Below, in pieces: positions 24,679 through 32,000 of a DNA stretch of 32,000 nucleotides (the stretch's first letter is position 1; each line of letters begins with the position of its first letter). The notes beneath the pieces are model-generated. The model was not told the origin of the DNA. It did not search any database and worked only from the letters and a program-made list of their open reading frames with translations. The DNA lies in assembly GCA_964360965.1 (NCBI GenBank), contig CAYHYM010000003.1:34102-66101 (forward strand). Direction: 5' to 3'. Position numbers and translations under genes: made by a program. This stretch comes from an uncultured Gammaproteobacteria bacterium. GTDB taxonomy: Bacteria; Patescibacteriota; Microgenomatia; Daviesbacterales; UBA10151.

Positions 24679-25652
24679 GAGCTTTTGCTGAATACCTTTC
24701 TTATGACATCTTCAATCGGAGGCTCTTCAATAGTTAAGTCTAAAACCGGGAAACTATTAAGAAGTTTGCTTGTTCTGTTGGGCACTTCATCTCTGGGGAC
24801 ATGAATTAAGGCATGATGATTGTCAAATTCTCTAACTTGCCCTATACCCTCCAACTTCTTCTGATCTATCTGGCCTTCAAATTCAATATTTATTACTTTG
24901 TGGGACACAAATTTTTCTACAATATCCTCAAGCAATCCATCATATAAAATCTTCCCCTGATCTATAATAATTACCCTTTGGCAAAGTTCTTTAACATCAC
25001 CCATATAATGGGATGTTAATATAATGGTGGCTTTGTATTTTTGATTATATTGTTTAATAAAATCGCGCATTCTCTTTTGCGCCACCACATCTAAACCTAT
25101 GGTTGGCTCATCCAAAAATAAAATTTTGGGTGAGTGCAAAAGTGCTGCCACCAGTTCACATTTCATCCTCTCTCCCAAAGATAATTTTCTTACCTGGACA
25201 TTTAACAGGTTTTCTATCTCAAGCATTTCCGACAATTCAGCAACTACTTTTTTAAACTGCTCACCAGACACCTCGTAAATTTCTTTATTTAATACAAAAC
25301 TTTCCCAAGCCGGCAGATCCCACCATAGCTGATTTCTTTGTCCCATCACCAGAGCAAATTGTTTTTGAAAATCGGATTGGCGCTTAAATGGTTCATATCC
25401 CAAAACACTGACAAATCCTGATCCGGGATATAACAGTCCGGAAAGTACTTTTAAGGTGGTCGTTTTACCTGCTCCATTGGGACCAATGAACCCTACCAGC
25501 TCACCTTCATTTATTTCAAAAGATACCCCGTCAACCGCTTTTACATCTACATATTTTCTTTTAAGTAGTGATTTTAGGGAACCCAAAAATCCCGGATCTT
25601 TTTGATGAACAGAATAGTATTTTTTTAAATTTTTAACGGAGATAATACTCAC
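24675..25652 (-). CDS. ABC transporter ATP-binding protein
   Basis: Has Walker A GPNGAGKTT, the signature LSLGERMK and Walker B ILFLDEPT. Confidence 0.9.
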   Translation of the reverse strand: MSIISVKNLKKYYSVHQKDPGFLGSLKSLLKRKYVDVKAVDGVSFEINEGELVGFIGPNGAGKTTTLKVLSGLLYPGSGFVSVLGYEPFKRQSDFQKQFALVMGQRNQLWWDLPAWESFVLNKEIYEVSGEQFKKVVAELSEMLEIENLLNVQVRKLSLGERMKCELVAALLHSPKILFLDEPTIGLDVVAQKRMRDFIKQYNQKYKATIILTSHYMGDVKELCQRVIIIDQGKILYDGLLEDIVEKFVSHKVINIEFEGQIDQKKLEGIGQVREFDNHHALIHVPRDEVPNRTSKLLNSFPVLDLTIEEPPIEDVIRKVFSKSS

Positions 25653-25671
25653 TAAGTAGATATTACCACAA

Positions 25672-25944
25672 TCATTTAATCAGTCTCTTAATGGTTTTGC
25701 CTGCAGTAAAACCGGGAAGTTTTTTGCTGGGGATTTGAATAATCTCTCCTGTCTGAGGATTTCTGCCCCGCCTGGCAGACCTTGATCTTATCAGAAATGT
25801 ACCAAAACCAGAAATAACCACTTTCTCGCCACGAACCAAACTATCTCTTACTAAATTAAAGGTAGAATTGACTGCATCTTGAGCTGCTCTTTTGGTCAAA
25901 CTAGCTTTTTTGGCAACCTTTTCTATTAATTCGTTTTTAGTCAT
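25672..25944 (-). CDS. hup: HU family DNA-binding protein
   Basis: 90 aa. Reads MTKNELIEKVAKK...GFGTF...RSARRGRNPQTGEIIQIP, the classic HU arm. Confidence 0.9.
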   Translation of the reverse strand: MTKNELIEKVAKKASLTKRAAQDAVNSTFNLVRDSLVRGEKVVISGFGTFLIRSRSARRGRNPQTGEIIQIPSKKLPGFTAGKTIKRLIK

Positions 25945-25950
25945 AGATTT

Positions 25951-25979
25951 TATATAACAGAAGTTTTAACTTTTGTAAA
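25951..25979 (-). promoter_or_regulatory. Promoter for hup (TTTACA-17-TGtTATATA), ATG 6 nt downstream
   Basis: On the minus strand, -35 is at 25979-25974 and the spacer ends in TGt. The -10 is at 25956-25951. Then AAATCT, then ATG 25944. There is no SD. Confidence 0.5.
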
Positions 25980-25987
25980 GCCCCAAA

Positions 25988-27319
25988 TCAGTTTTGGGGA
26001 GTGGTCATGGTATATTCAGAAACTCTTTTCTCTCTGATGGATGTTATTCTAACTGCACCCGGTACCATCACTTCTTTGGATACTCTTGAAGCTATATCAT
26101 GGGTTAATTTTGGTAGATCTTCATCTGATACCTTTTCAGGGATAACAATCACCCTCACCTCTCTACCTGCTTGCAAGGCATAAGCTTTTTCAACACCCTC
26201 AAATTCGGTGGCTATTTTTTCAATATCAGATAATCTTTTGATATATTCTTCTACATCCTCATGTCTTGCCCCAGGTCTTGCTCCGGATATGGCATCAGCA
26301 ATATAAACAAGTATGGATTCAATTGAGGAGAATGGTTGATCCTCATGATGCTGGGCAATACAATCTACCACCTCCTGGGGAAAACCAAATTTTTTGGCAA
26401 GTTGGACACCTCTTTCTACATGAGTACCTTCATCCCAATCAGTCAAAATTTTTCCCACATCATGAAGAAGACAACCAAGCCTTACCACATTAACATTAGC
26501 ATGGAGTTCTTTGGATAAGGCAATGCCAATTCTTGTTTCCTCTAGTGTGTGGGTAATCATATTTTGACCATATGAGTATCTGTATTTGAACCTACCCAAA
26601 AGACAAACAACTTCTCTTGGCAAATTGTAAACCCCAACATCATGACAAAGCTTTTCACCTGCCTGACACATCAATTTCTCTAAATCTTGCTTGGTTCTTT
26701 CTACGATCTCCTCAATTCTTTGCGGCTGTATCCTTCCGTCTGCAATCAGTCTCTCCAGCGCCACCTTGGCAATTTCCCGTCTGATGGGATCAAAAGAAGA
26801 TATAATCAGACTGTTTGGAGTTTCATCATCCATCACTACATCGCAACCTGTTGCCTGTTCAAAAGTCCTAATATTCCTTCCTTCCTTACCGATAATTCTT
26901 CCTTTAATCTCCTCATCAGGTAGAGAAACTACCGATGTAGTAAATTCGCTGATATAATCTGTTGCTCCATGCAGCATCGCATCTGACAAAATCTGTTTAA
27001 TCCGCTCATCTACCTCAAGTTTTATCTCATCTTCCGCTTGCTTTACTTTTTTAGAAATTTCTGCTGATAAGTCTTTTTCAATCTGCTCTAGAAGAATTTT
27101 TTTGGCCTCTTCCACATTCATCCCTGAAGCTTTCTCCATTTTCCCGGTCAAGTCTTTGCTTAAGTTTTCCAACTCTGTTAATCTTAAATCAGCTTGAATT
27201 TGTTTTTCAGCAATTTGGCGTTCTCTTTCCTCCAAAATTCCCTCTCTTTTGGCAAGTTCTGCTACATCTGCAGAGACAGATGAAACAACTAAATTTTTAG
27301 GACTGAATGTTTTTTGCAT
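25988..27319 (-). CDS. rny: Ribonuclease Y (KH + HD), lacking the usual N-terminal membrane anchor
   Basis: Has a coiled-coil N-terminus, the KH motif GRIIGKEGRNIR and the HD motif LLHDVGK. An in-frame TAG lies 5 codons upstream of ATG 27319. Confidence 0.85.
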   Translation of the reverse strand: MQKTFSPKNLVVSSVSADVAELAKREGILEERERQIAEKQIQADLRLTELENLSKDLTGKMEKASGMNVEEAKKILLEQIEKDLSAEISKKVKQAEDEIKLEVDERIKQILSDAMLHGATDYISEFTTSVVSLPDEEIKGRIIGKEGRNIRTFEQATGCDVVMDDETPNSLIISSFDPIRREIAKVALERLIADGRIQPQRIEEIVERTKQDLEKLMCQAGEKLCHDVGVYNLPREVVCLLGRFKYRYSYGQNMITHTLEETRIGIALSKELHANVNVVRLGCLLHDVGKILTDWDEGTHVERGVQLAKKFGFPQEVVDCIAQHHEDQPFSSIESILVYIADAISGARPGARHEDVEEYIKRLSDIEKIATEFEGVEKAYALQAGREVRVIVIPEKVSDEDLPKLTHDIASRVSKEVMVPGAVRITSIREKRVSEYTMTTPQN

Positions 27320-27341
27320 AACTAATAGAAACTAGGGGAAA

Positions 27342-27357
27342 CCGAAATTAATTTCGG
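27342..27357 (-). terminator. Perfect 16-nt palindrome CCGAAATTAATTTCGG between recX and rny (weak terminator/attenuator or processing site)
   Basis: On the minus strand it is followed only by TTTCCCC, so the T-tract is poor. Confidence 0.3.
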
Positions 27358-27432
27358 CTCTGAGGAGTAATATAATTATGTAAGTTTATCTCTTTCATAA
27401 AACCTCAGTATCTCTAGTTTTCCAAATATAGT

Positions 27433-28125
27433 TTATCTCTTTTCCAAAACATTTGCAACTACATTTTTAACAACGGAATATTCAAACCCTCTTCTTAATA
27501 AAAATTCCCATGCTTTTTTCTTCAAATCTCGTAGAGATTTCTCGTTCAATTCATCCTCCGGCAAGCTTTTCCATACCTTCATTTTTTTCTCCAAAGCCTG
27601 AGAAGCTACCTCTTCTTCACTGTCCCCTGTACCCTGTTCACTGATCACTTTTTCAATTATTTCCCTATCAATACCTTTTTGATAAAGTTCCTGCTTTAGA
27701 GCAATCTTACCTTTTTTTCTAGACCTTCTCCTTGCCTCAACCCAACTTTTTGCAAACTCTTCATCGGACAAAAGCCCCTTTTGTTTTAATTTAGTAATTA
27801 AAAGTTCTATTGCAGCTTCTGAGATTTCTTCTTTGTCTTTTATTTTTCTTTTAAAAGATAAGTTCTTTAAATATCTTCTAACTTCTTCCTCTGATCTTGC
27901 TCTAATATTAAAAAGTCTATACATTCTTTCCATCAACTTCCCAACTTCTGCCTCAAATAACAACTTTTCCACATCGGATGTGTCAAGTACTTTTTCCACC
28001 ATTAACCGATGCTCAACCACTAAATCCTCATCTGCCCCAAAGGCAAACTGCCCATCAAGATAAATATTAAATCTGTGCGGGTTTTTTTTCTGAGGTTCTA
28101 CTGATGTAATCTTTATCATAGACAA
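27433..28125 (-). CDS. recX: RecA regulator RecX
   Basis: Has an N-terminal ...FNIYLDGQFAFG... segment followed by repeated helical units with RSEEEVRRYL. It lies in the recA operon. Confidence 0.75.
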   Translation of the reverse strand: MSMIKITSVEPQKKNPHRFNIYLDGQFAFGADEDLVVEHRLMVEKVLDTSDVEKLLFEAEVGKLMERMYRLFNIRARSEEEVRRYLKNLSFKRKIKDKEEISEAAIELLITKLKQKGLLSDEEFAKSWVEARRRSRKKGKIALKQELYQKGIDREIIEKVISEQGTGDSEEEVASQALEKKMKVWKSLPEDELNEKSLRDLKKKAWEFLLRRGFEYSVVKNVVANVLEKR

Positions 28126-29628
28126 TTAATACTTTTCCCTTTTTTGAACTTTAATTGTACCAAACTTTTGCTCTTGGATTACTTTGGAAAAATAATTTTC
28201 CTTGTTGATAAAATCCGCAACAATATAATCACTAATACCTACCACAGGTTCAATAATCAAAAACCTGGTCAACGGCAAATCTGAGCGGGAAGTTACAATC
28301 TTAAGGTTTCCCGGGAAACCTGCTGCCGCATCCCCCCCCCAAACCGGTAAGATTCCATACCTTTCTTGTCCATACCATTCAAACAAATAACTCCAGGTGG
28401 TGTTTACAAAAAGTGGCACTGTCAAAGCATTTATTGAAAAAGGTTTTCCACCGGCCTTAATATAAATATAATCTATCACCTTTTTTTGATCTGAAATAAA
28501 CATCCCCGGTTGGATAATGATATCGGAGTTAGGTCCAGAAATATTATTTTTTAAAATTAAGTGTAAATTACCTACCACTATCATCAGAGTTAAAATAACC
28601 GCCGCAATTTTCCACTTTAAAAACAACCTGTAAATTAAATAACTTGCCAAAATAATTAAACTAACAGTTGCCCCGCCGCTGTAATAATAGCTGAAACGGG
28701 CAGATAAAATATGCGGAAGAAATCCCCCTACAAACCAGATCAAAAGAAAGACAATTTTTGGCCGAAGATCTCTACTGCGATAAAGCAAAAATAAAATAAC
28801 AACTGTCAAAACTAAAATTAAATTCACCAGCCCATCAACTGCCACCAGGTTATCTTTAAAAAATCGCTGGATGACAGAAAATATATAAGTAAAATCTGAT
28901 AGATTGGATCCATCAGATTTTGAGAAGGAATTCAAAATATTAAAAATTGCCTTTGTGGATCTAAAATTAAATTTTAATTCCCCCAAAATAAAAGTGGAAA
29001 CACTCAAAAGAAAAACTGCTGTTGATATTACAATCGTCTTGAGGGTTAAATTTTTAAATTGTTTTCTAAAAGCTATCACTATTAAAAGAAGTACTAAAAT
29101 TAACAATCCATAAACTGCTTCAAGCTGAACTGATAATCCCAACCCCATTAAAGCAATCATTAAACCATACTGTTTATTTTTAAATAAAAAAAGAGCCATC
29201 CCTAAGTAAAAAATTAAAACCGTTAAAGGGGAAGGAGAGGGATGTCCAAAAATTAAAGAATACTGTGATTGTTCATAGGATACGGCAAAAAGAAGGGCAG
29301 CTAAAAAACCGATCCATTTATTAAAAATAATAGACCCCAAACCAAAAGCTAAAAATATACCCAGTGCGTTTATAATACGAAGTAAAAATGAGACAACTTC
29401 CGGATTATGAAACCCCAAAAAATATGCCGGAGCAATCAGATAATAAAACAATACTCCATGGAAAAGACCACTACTTAAAGAGGTTGGAGGACCGACAATT
29501 TTTAAATTCCCTGTCAGAATATCTAAGGCAGCAAAAGAATCTCTAGCGCCATCGTATGAAAAGTAAATATTTTCCGGAAAATATAAAAAACGGATTAAAA
29601 TGGCAAGGATAAAAATTGCAATTAGCAT
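28126..29628 (-). CDS. Polytopic membrane protein, GT-C/ArnT-PMT-like glycosyltransferase candidate (500 aa)
   Basis: The N-terminus is ILIRFLYFPENIYFSYDGARDS, a first-loop acidic motif. It has about 12 TM helices and a C-terminal soluble domain. There is zero intergenic distance to both recA and recX. Confidence 0.5.
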   Translation of the reverse strand: MLIAIFILAILIRFLYFPENIYFSYDGARDSFAALDILTGNLKIVGPPTSLSSGLFHGVLFYYLIAPAYFLGFHNPEVVSFLLRIINALGIFLAFGLGSIIFNKWIGFLAALLFAVSYEQSQYSLIFGHPSPSPLTVLIFYLGMALFLFKNKQYGLMIALMGLGLSVQLEAVYGLLILVLLLIVIAFRKQFKNLTLKTIVISTAVFLLSVSTFILGELKFNFRSTKAIFNILNSFSKSDGSNLSDFTYIFSVIQRFFKDNLVAVDGLVNLILVLTVVILFLLYRSRDLRPKIVFLLIWFVGGFLPHILSARFSYYYSGGATVSLIILASYLIYRLFLKWKIAAVILTLMIVVGNLHLILKNNISGPNSDIIIQPGMFISDQKKVIDYIYIKAGGKPFSINALTVPLFVNTTWSYLFEWYGQERYGILPVWGGDAAAGFPGNLKIVTSRSDLPLTRFLIIEPVVGISDYIVADFINKENYFSKVIQEQKFGTIKVQKREKY

Positions 29629-30699
29629 CTATCCTTCTGCAATTGTACCAGTATCTTCTTGATTATCTTCTTTGCCAACTACCAACTCTTTTCCTTCCTT
29701 TTGCTTTCCCCAAGCTTCTATAATTTCTTTTCCCAGTTTTTCAGCTTCTTTTTTATTGGTTTTTAGCCAAACAATAACTGCCTCTCTTCCCTGACCAAGT
29801 ACCGCCTCATTCCACTTAATAAATGCCCCGGCTTTAACCAGTATCCCCAGTTCCACCCCCACATCAATTAGCTCTCCTTCATGCGAGATACCTTCCTCAT
29901 ACATATCAAACTCGGCAATTCTAAAAGGTGGAGCCACTTTATTTTTTACCACTTTGACTCTATGACGAGATCCCACCACCAAATCCCCATCTTTAATATT
30001 TTCAATTTTTCTAATATCAAGCCTTACCGATGCATAAAATTTTAGCGCTAAACCCCCTGTGGTAACCTCGGGATTACCAAACATCACCCCAATTTTTTGC
30101 CTTAACTGATTGGTAAATATGACAATGGTATTGGTATTGGCAATTGCGCCGGTCAATTTTCTCAAAGCCTGAGACATTAATCTGGCCTGCATTCCCATCA
30201 TGGCATCACCCATTTCTCCCTCAATCTCTGCCCTGGGCACTAAGGCTGCCACTGAATCAATCGCTATGATATCAACTCCACCTGAACGAATTAAAGCCTC
30301 AGCAATTTCCAAAGCCTGCTCCCCTGTATCTGGTTGAGAGATAAGTAAATCATCTAAGTTAATACCAATCTTTTGAGCTCTTTGGGAATCTAAGGCATGT
30401 TCTGCATCAATAAAGGCGGCTACGCCGCTCTTCTTTTGAGCCTCAGCTATCACATGCAAAGCCAGTGTAGTTTTACCTGAAGCCTCTGGTCCATATATTT
30501 CTATAATTCTTCCCTTGGGAAGTCCTCCCACTCCCAAAGCCAAATCCAAGGCAATAGAGCCTGTGGATATTACCTCTGTTGCCAGTTTTTCCACCCGCTC
30601 ACCCAAACGCATAATAGCACCTGTACCATATTGCTTTTGGATAGCAGCTACCGCAACAGAGACGGCAATCATTTTGGCATCTTGATTATTTCCTGCCAT
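29629..30699 (-). CDS. recA: Recombinase RecA
   Basis: Has Walker [10 protein letters not shown], and FIDAEHALD and [23 protein letters not shown]. Confidence 0.95.
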   Translation of the reverse strand: MAGNNQDAKMIAVSVAVAAIQKQYGTGAIMRLGERVEKLATEVISTGSIALDLALGVGGLPKGRIIEIYGPEASGKTTLALHVIAEAQKKSGVAAFIDAEHALDSQRAQKIGINLDDLLISQPDTGEQALEIAEALIRSGGVDIIAIDSVAALVPRAEIEGEMGDAMMGMQARLMSQALRKLTGAIANTNTIVIFTNQLRQKIGVMFGNPEVTTGGLALKFYASVRLDIRKIENIKDGDLVVGSRHRVKVVKNKVAPPFRIAEFDMYEEGISHEGELIDVGVELGILVKAGAFIKWNEAVLGQGREAVIVWLKTNKKEAEKLGKEIIEAWGKQKEGKELVVGKEDNQEDTGTIAEG

Positions 30700-30707
30700 A
30701 CGGCGGC

Positions 30708-30737
30708 AGTATAACAGAGAATAAAAACTTTTTTCAA
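30708..30737 (-). promoter_or_regulatory. Promoter for recA (TTGAAA-18-TGtTATACT), ATG 8 nt downstream
   Basis: On the minus strand, -35 is at 30737-30732 and -10 at 30713-30708. Then GCCGCCGT, then ATG 30699. There is no SD. Confidence 0.5.
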
Positions 30738-30747
30738 TACCTAATTT

Positions 30748-31254
30748 TTAAGTTGAGTAGATTTTAATTGTGTTAATTACTTCTTTGGCAATCCCCTGAA
30801 TGCATTTATACTTTTTGACCTCCTGTCCATTTACCCAGGCAAAATTATCAAACTCTGGAGAAATTTTAACTTTACCTTTGACGTAAAAAACAGCAAACTT
30901 TACACAAATTGTTGGCACTAAATCTGTTCGAAGATATGCCACACTATCAAGATACTTTGGATCATTTACCACCAAACCACACTCTTCTAACGCTTCTCTT
31001 TTAACCAATTTTTCCACCATCCCTTCCCAATCTAAAATATCAAAATTCTGGCGGGTGATGGGGTTATTTTTTAAATCAGACCATTCCAGTTTCCCACCAA
31101 TTACTCCCCAAAGAGAAGGATGAGCAGTTTCTTTTTTAGATCTTTTAAGAATTAAACACTTTTTTAACTTGGGATGATAAATTACACCTGTAACTACAAA
31201 ATAAAAAAGCTTATCTGTCTTGGCTTTCTCAAGTGAAATTTTCATTACCTTCAT
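30748..31254 (-). CDS. NUDIX hydrolase (atypical, expanded Nudix box)
   Basis: Reads GGKLE...(long insert)...REALEECGL. Confidence 0.65.
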   Translation of the reverse strand: MKVMKISLEKAKTDKLFYFVVTGVIYHPKLKKCLILKRSKKETAHPSLWGVIGGKLEWSDLKNNPITRQNFDILDWEGMVEKLVKREALEECGLVVNDPKYLDSVAYLRTDLVPTICVKFAVFYVKGKVKISPEFDNFAWVNGQEVKKYKCIQGIAKEVINTIKIYST

Positions 31255-31297
31255 ATTTATCCCTTTTCAAATTCTTCTCTTAATATATCCGACTCTT

Positions 31298-31714
31298 TTA
31301 ATATTGACTTGCTAATTTTTTGGCAAAATCTTTGTCGGCTTCTATCCAATCTAAACTTGCAAGCCTATTTTTGGGTACCCATTCACAAGTTTCATAAACA
31401 GATCTATCAAACTGAGGTTTCCCCACAAACCTTTCACATTCAACAAAATTAATTTCCACAGTTCCCACCTCTCCTTCATAATCATATCTCATACTATCCA
31501 GCAGCTTTAAAGCTTTTATTTGCTGCCTGACCTCTTCCTCAAATTCTCTCTCTGTTGCTCTAAGTAAATTTCCCAAATCTTCATCTTCTATTTTCCCACC
31601 AATAAATTCCCATTTTAAAGGATGCTTTTTGAGTCTTGATCTTTGTCCGATAAAGAAACTATCTGTTTGAGGATCAAATATAACTGCCCCGACGACTTTA
31701 GTTATTTTTTCCAT
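31298..31714 (-). CDS. NUDIX hydrolase (MutT-like)
   Basis: Reads GGKIEDEDLGNLLRATEREFEEEV. Confidence 0.75.
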   Translation of the reverse strand: MEKITKVVGAVIFDPQTDSFFIGQRSRLKKHPLKWEFIGGKIEDEDLGNLLRATEREFEEEVRQQIKALKLLDSMRYDYEGEVGTVEINFVECERFVGKPQFDRSVYETCEWVPKNRLASLDWIEADKDFAKKLASQY

Positions 31715-31867
31715 TTAATCTGCTCCATATTTTTCTTCTATTTCCCTGGCGTGTTCATTATCATGAGAAATTGTTTCATTAATTATCCATAAAACATTGA
31801 TTGGTTTACCTCTTAAGAGAGTTCCATAAAAATTTGTGATCTGTTTTTCATCTAATTCTTCAATCAT
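31715..31867 (-). CDS. Small ORF, 50 aa (hypothetical)
   Basis: Below the ORF-track cutoff. Sequence is MIEELDEKQITNFYGTLLRGKPINVLWIINETISHDNEHAREIEEKYGAD. Its TAA stop directly abuts the ATG of the NUDIX gene (TAAATG). There is no clear SD. Confidence 0.3.
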   Translation of the reverse strand: MIEELDEKQITNFYGTLLRGKPINVLWIINETISHDNEHAREIEEKYGAD

Positions 31868-31957
31868 TTTAACAGAACTTACAGAATCTTGTCATATAAT
31901 AATGGGTACCTGTCAGTTATAGTTTATGAATGGATAAGTCGAAGGGTCGACCTTTTT

Positions 31958-31990
31958 AAAAAAATCCGAACTCGCTTTAAGTCGAATCGG
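31958..31990 (-). terminator. Probable terminator of a minus-strand gene lying beyond the window end
   Basis: On the minus strand an interrupted stem, CCGA-T-TCG / CGA-GT-TCGG, is followed by ATTTTTTT. A second small hairpin, GTCGA-aggg-TCGAC (31938-31951), lies on the other side of the A/T tract. Confidence 0.4.
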
Positions 31991-32000
31991 TAGCCCGCCT

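Noticed and set aside
25981-25999. Hairpin CCCCAAA-tcag-TTTTGGGG at the rny stop codon, as an intrinsic terminator.
   Set aside because: On the rny strand it is followed by CTTTAC rather than a U-tract, and it overlaps the stop codon. It may still attenuate read-through into hup, but I would not call it a terminator.
31966-32000. The minus-strand sequence ...GGCGGGCTACCGATTCGAC... resembles the 5' end of tmRNA (GGGG...ACGGATTCGAC).
   Set aside because: The acceptor-stem register does not work: there is no GGG start and no G3:U pair at the right distance from TTCGAC. No tag ORF or pseudoknots follow, and a protein ORF starts at 31867. The hairpin plus T7 run reads better as the terminator of a gene beyond the window.
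1-32000. Alternative genetic code (UGA recoding, as in some CPR lineages), CRISPR arrays, tRNA/rRNA genes, transposases, integrases or prophage.
   Set aside because: TGA terminates conserved genes at the expected length (aspS, rny, the C39-like gene). I saw no spaced direct-repeat array, no cloverleaf-capable GC-rich 75-nt segments in the intergenic regions, and no recombinase or phage motifs in any ORF.

Overview
This is an AT-rich (by eye about one-third GC), very gene-dense bacterial chromosome segment. It uses the standard genetic code: TGA, TAA and TAG all terminate conserved genes. Content is almost entirely housekeeping:
- gltX (partial), aspS, a PBP5-type DD-carboxypeptidase, recJ and cca
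- secD and secF, split by two unknown ORFs
- a ComM/YifB-type ATPase, RNase P RNA, an AI-2E permease and miaA
- three GT-C-type membrane glycosyltransferase-like proteins and an ABC-2 type transporter
- hup, rny, recX, recA and two NUDIX hydrolases
- about ten small or unknown ORFs

The short (~287 nt) RNase P RNA, the DUF5679-type zinc-ribbon miniprotein, the several GT-C proteins and the many 4-nt ATGA gene overlaps fit a small-genome uncultured lineage such as Patescibacteria/CPR. That placement is inference only. I saw no rRNA, tRNA, CRISPR array, transposase, integrase, phage gene or recognisable defence gene.

I could not identify a convincing new multi-gene system. The most unusual signals are:
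1. A family of short GC-rich elements with 11-bp terminal inverted repeats (CACCTCGGAGG...CCTCCGAGGTG). Copies sit in frame inside aspS, cca and miaA, and also in two intergenic regions.
2. A near-exact copy of the RNase P RNA P3 hairpin in an unrelated intergenic region.
3. A recurring extended -10 box 6-10 nt upstream of the ATG at operon heads, suggesting leaderless mRNAs.
4. Unknown genes wedged inside the normally contiguous secD-secF and recA-recX pairs.
5. An apparently frameshifted adenylate-forming enzyme gene.
6. Two small accessory-looking islets, 4137-4633 and 15103-16669.

All functional calls come from motif recognition by eye. No database search was run.
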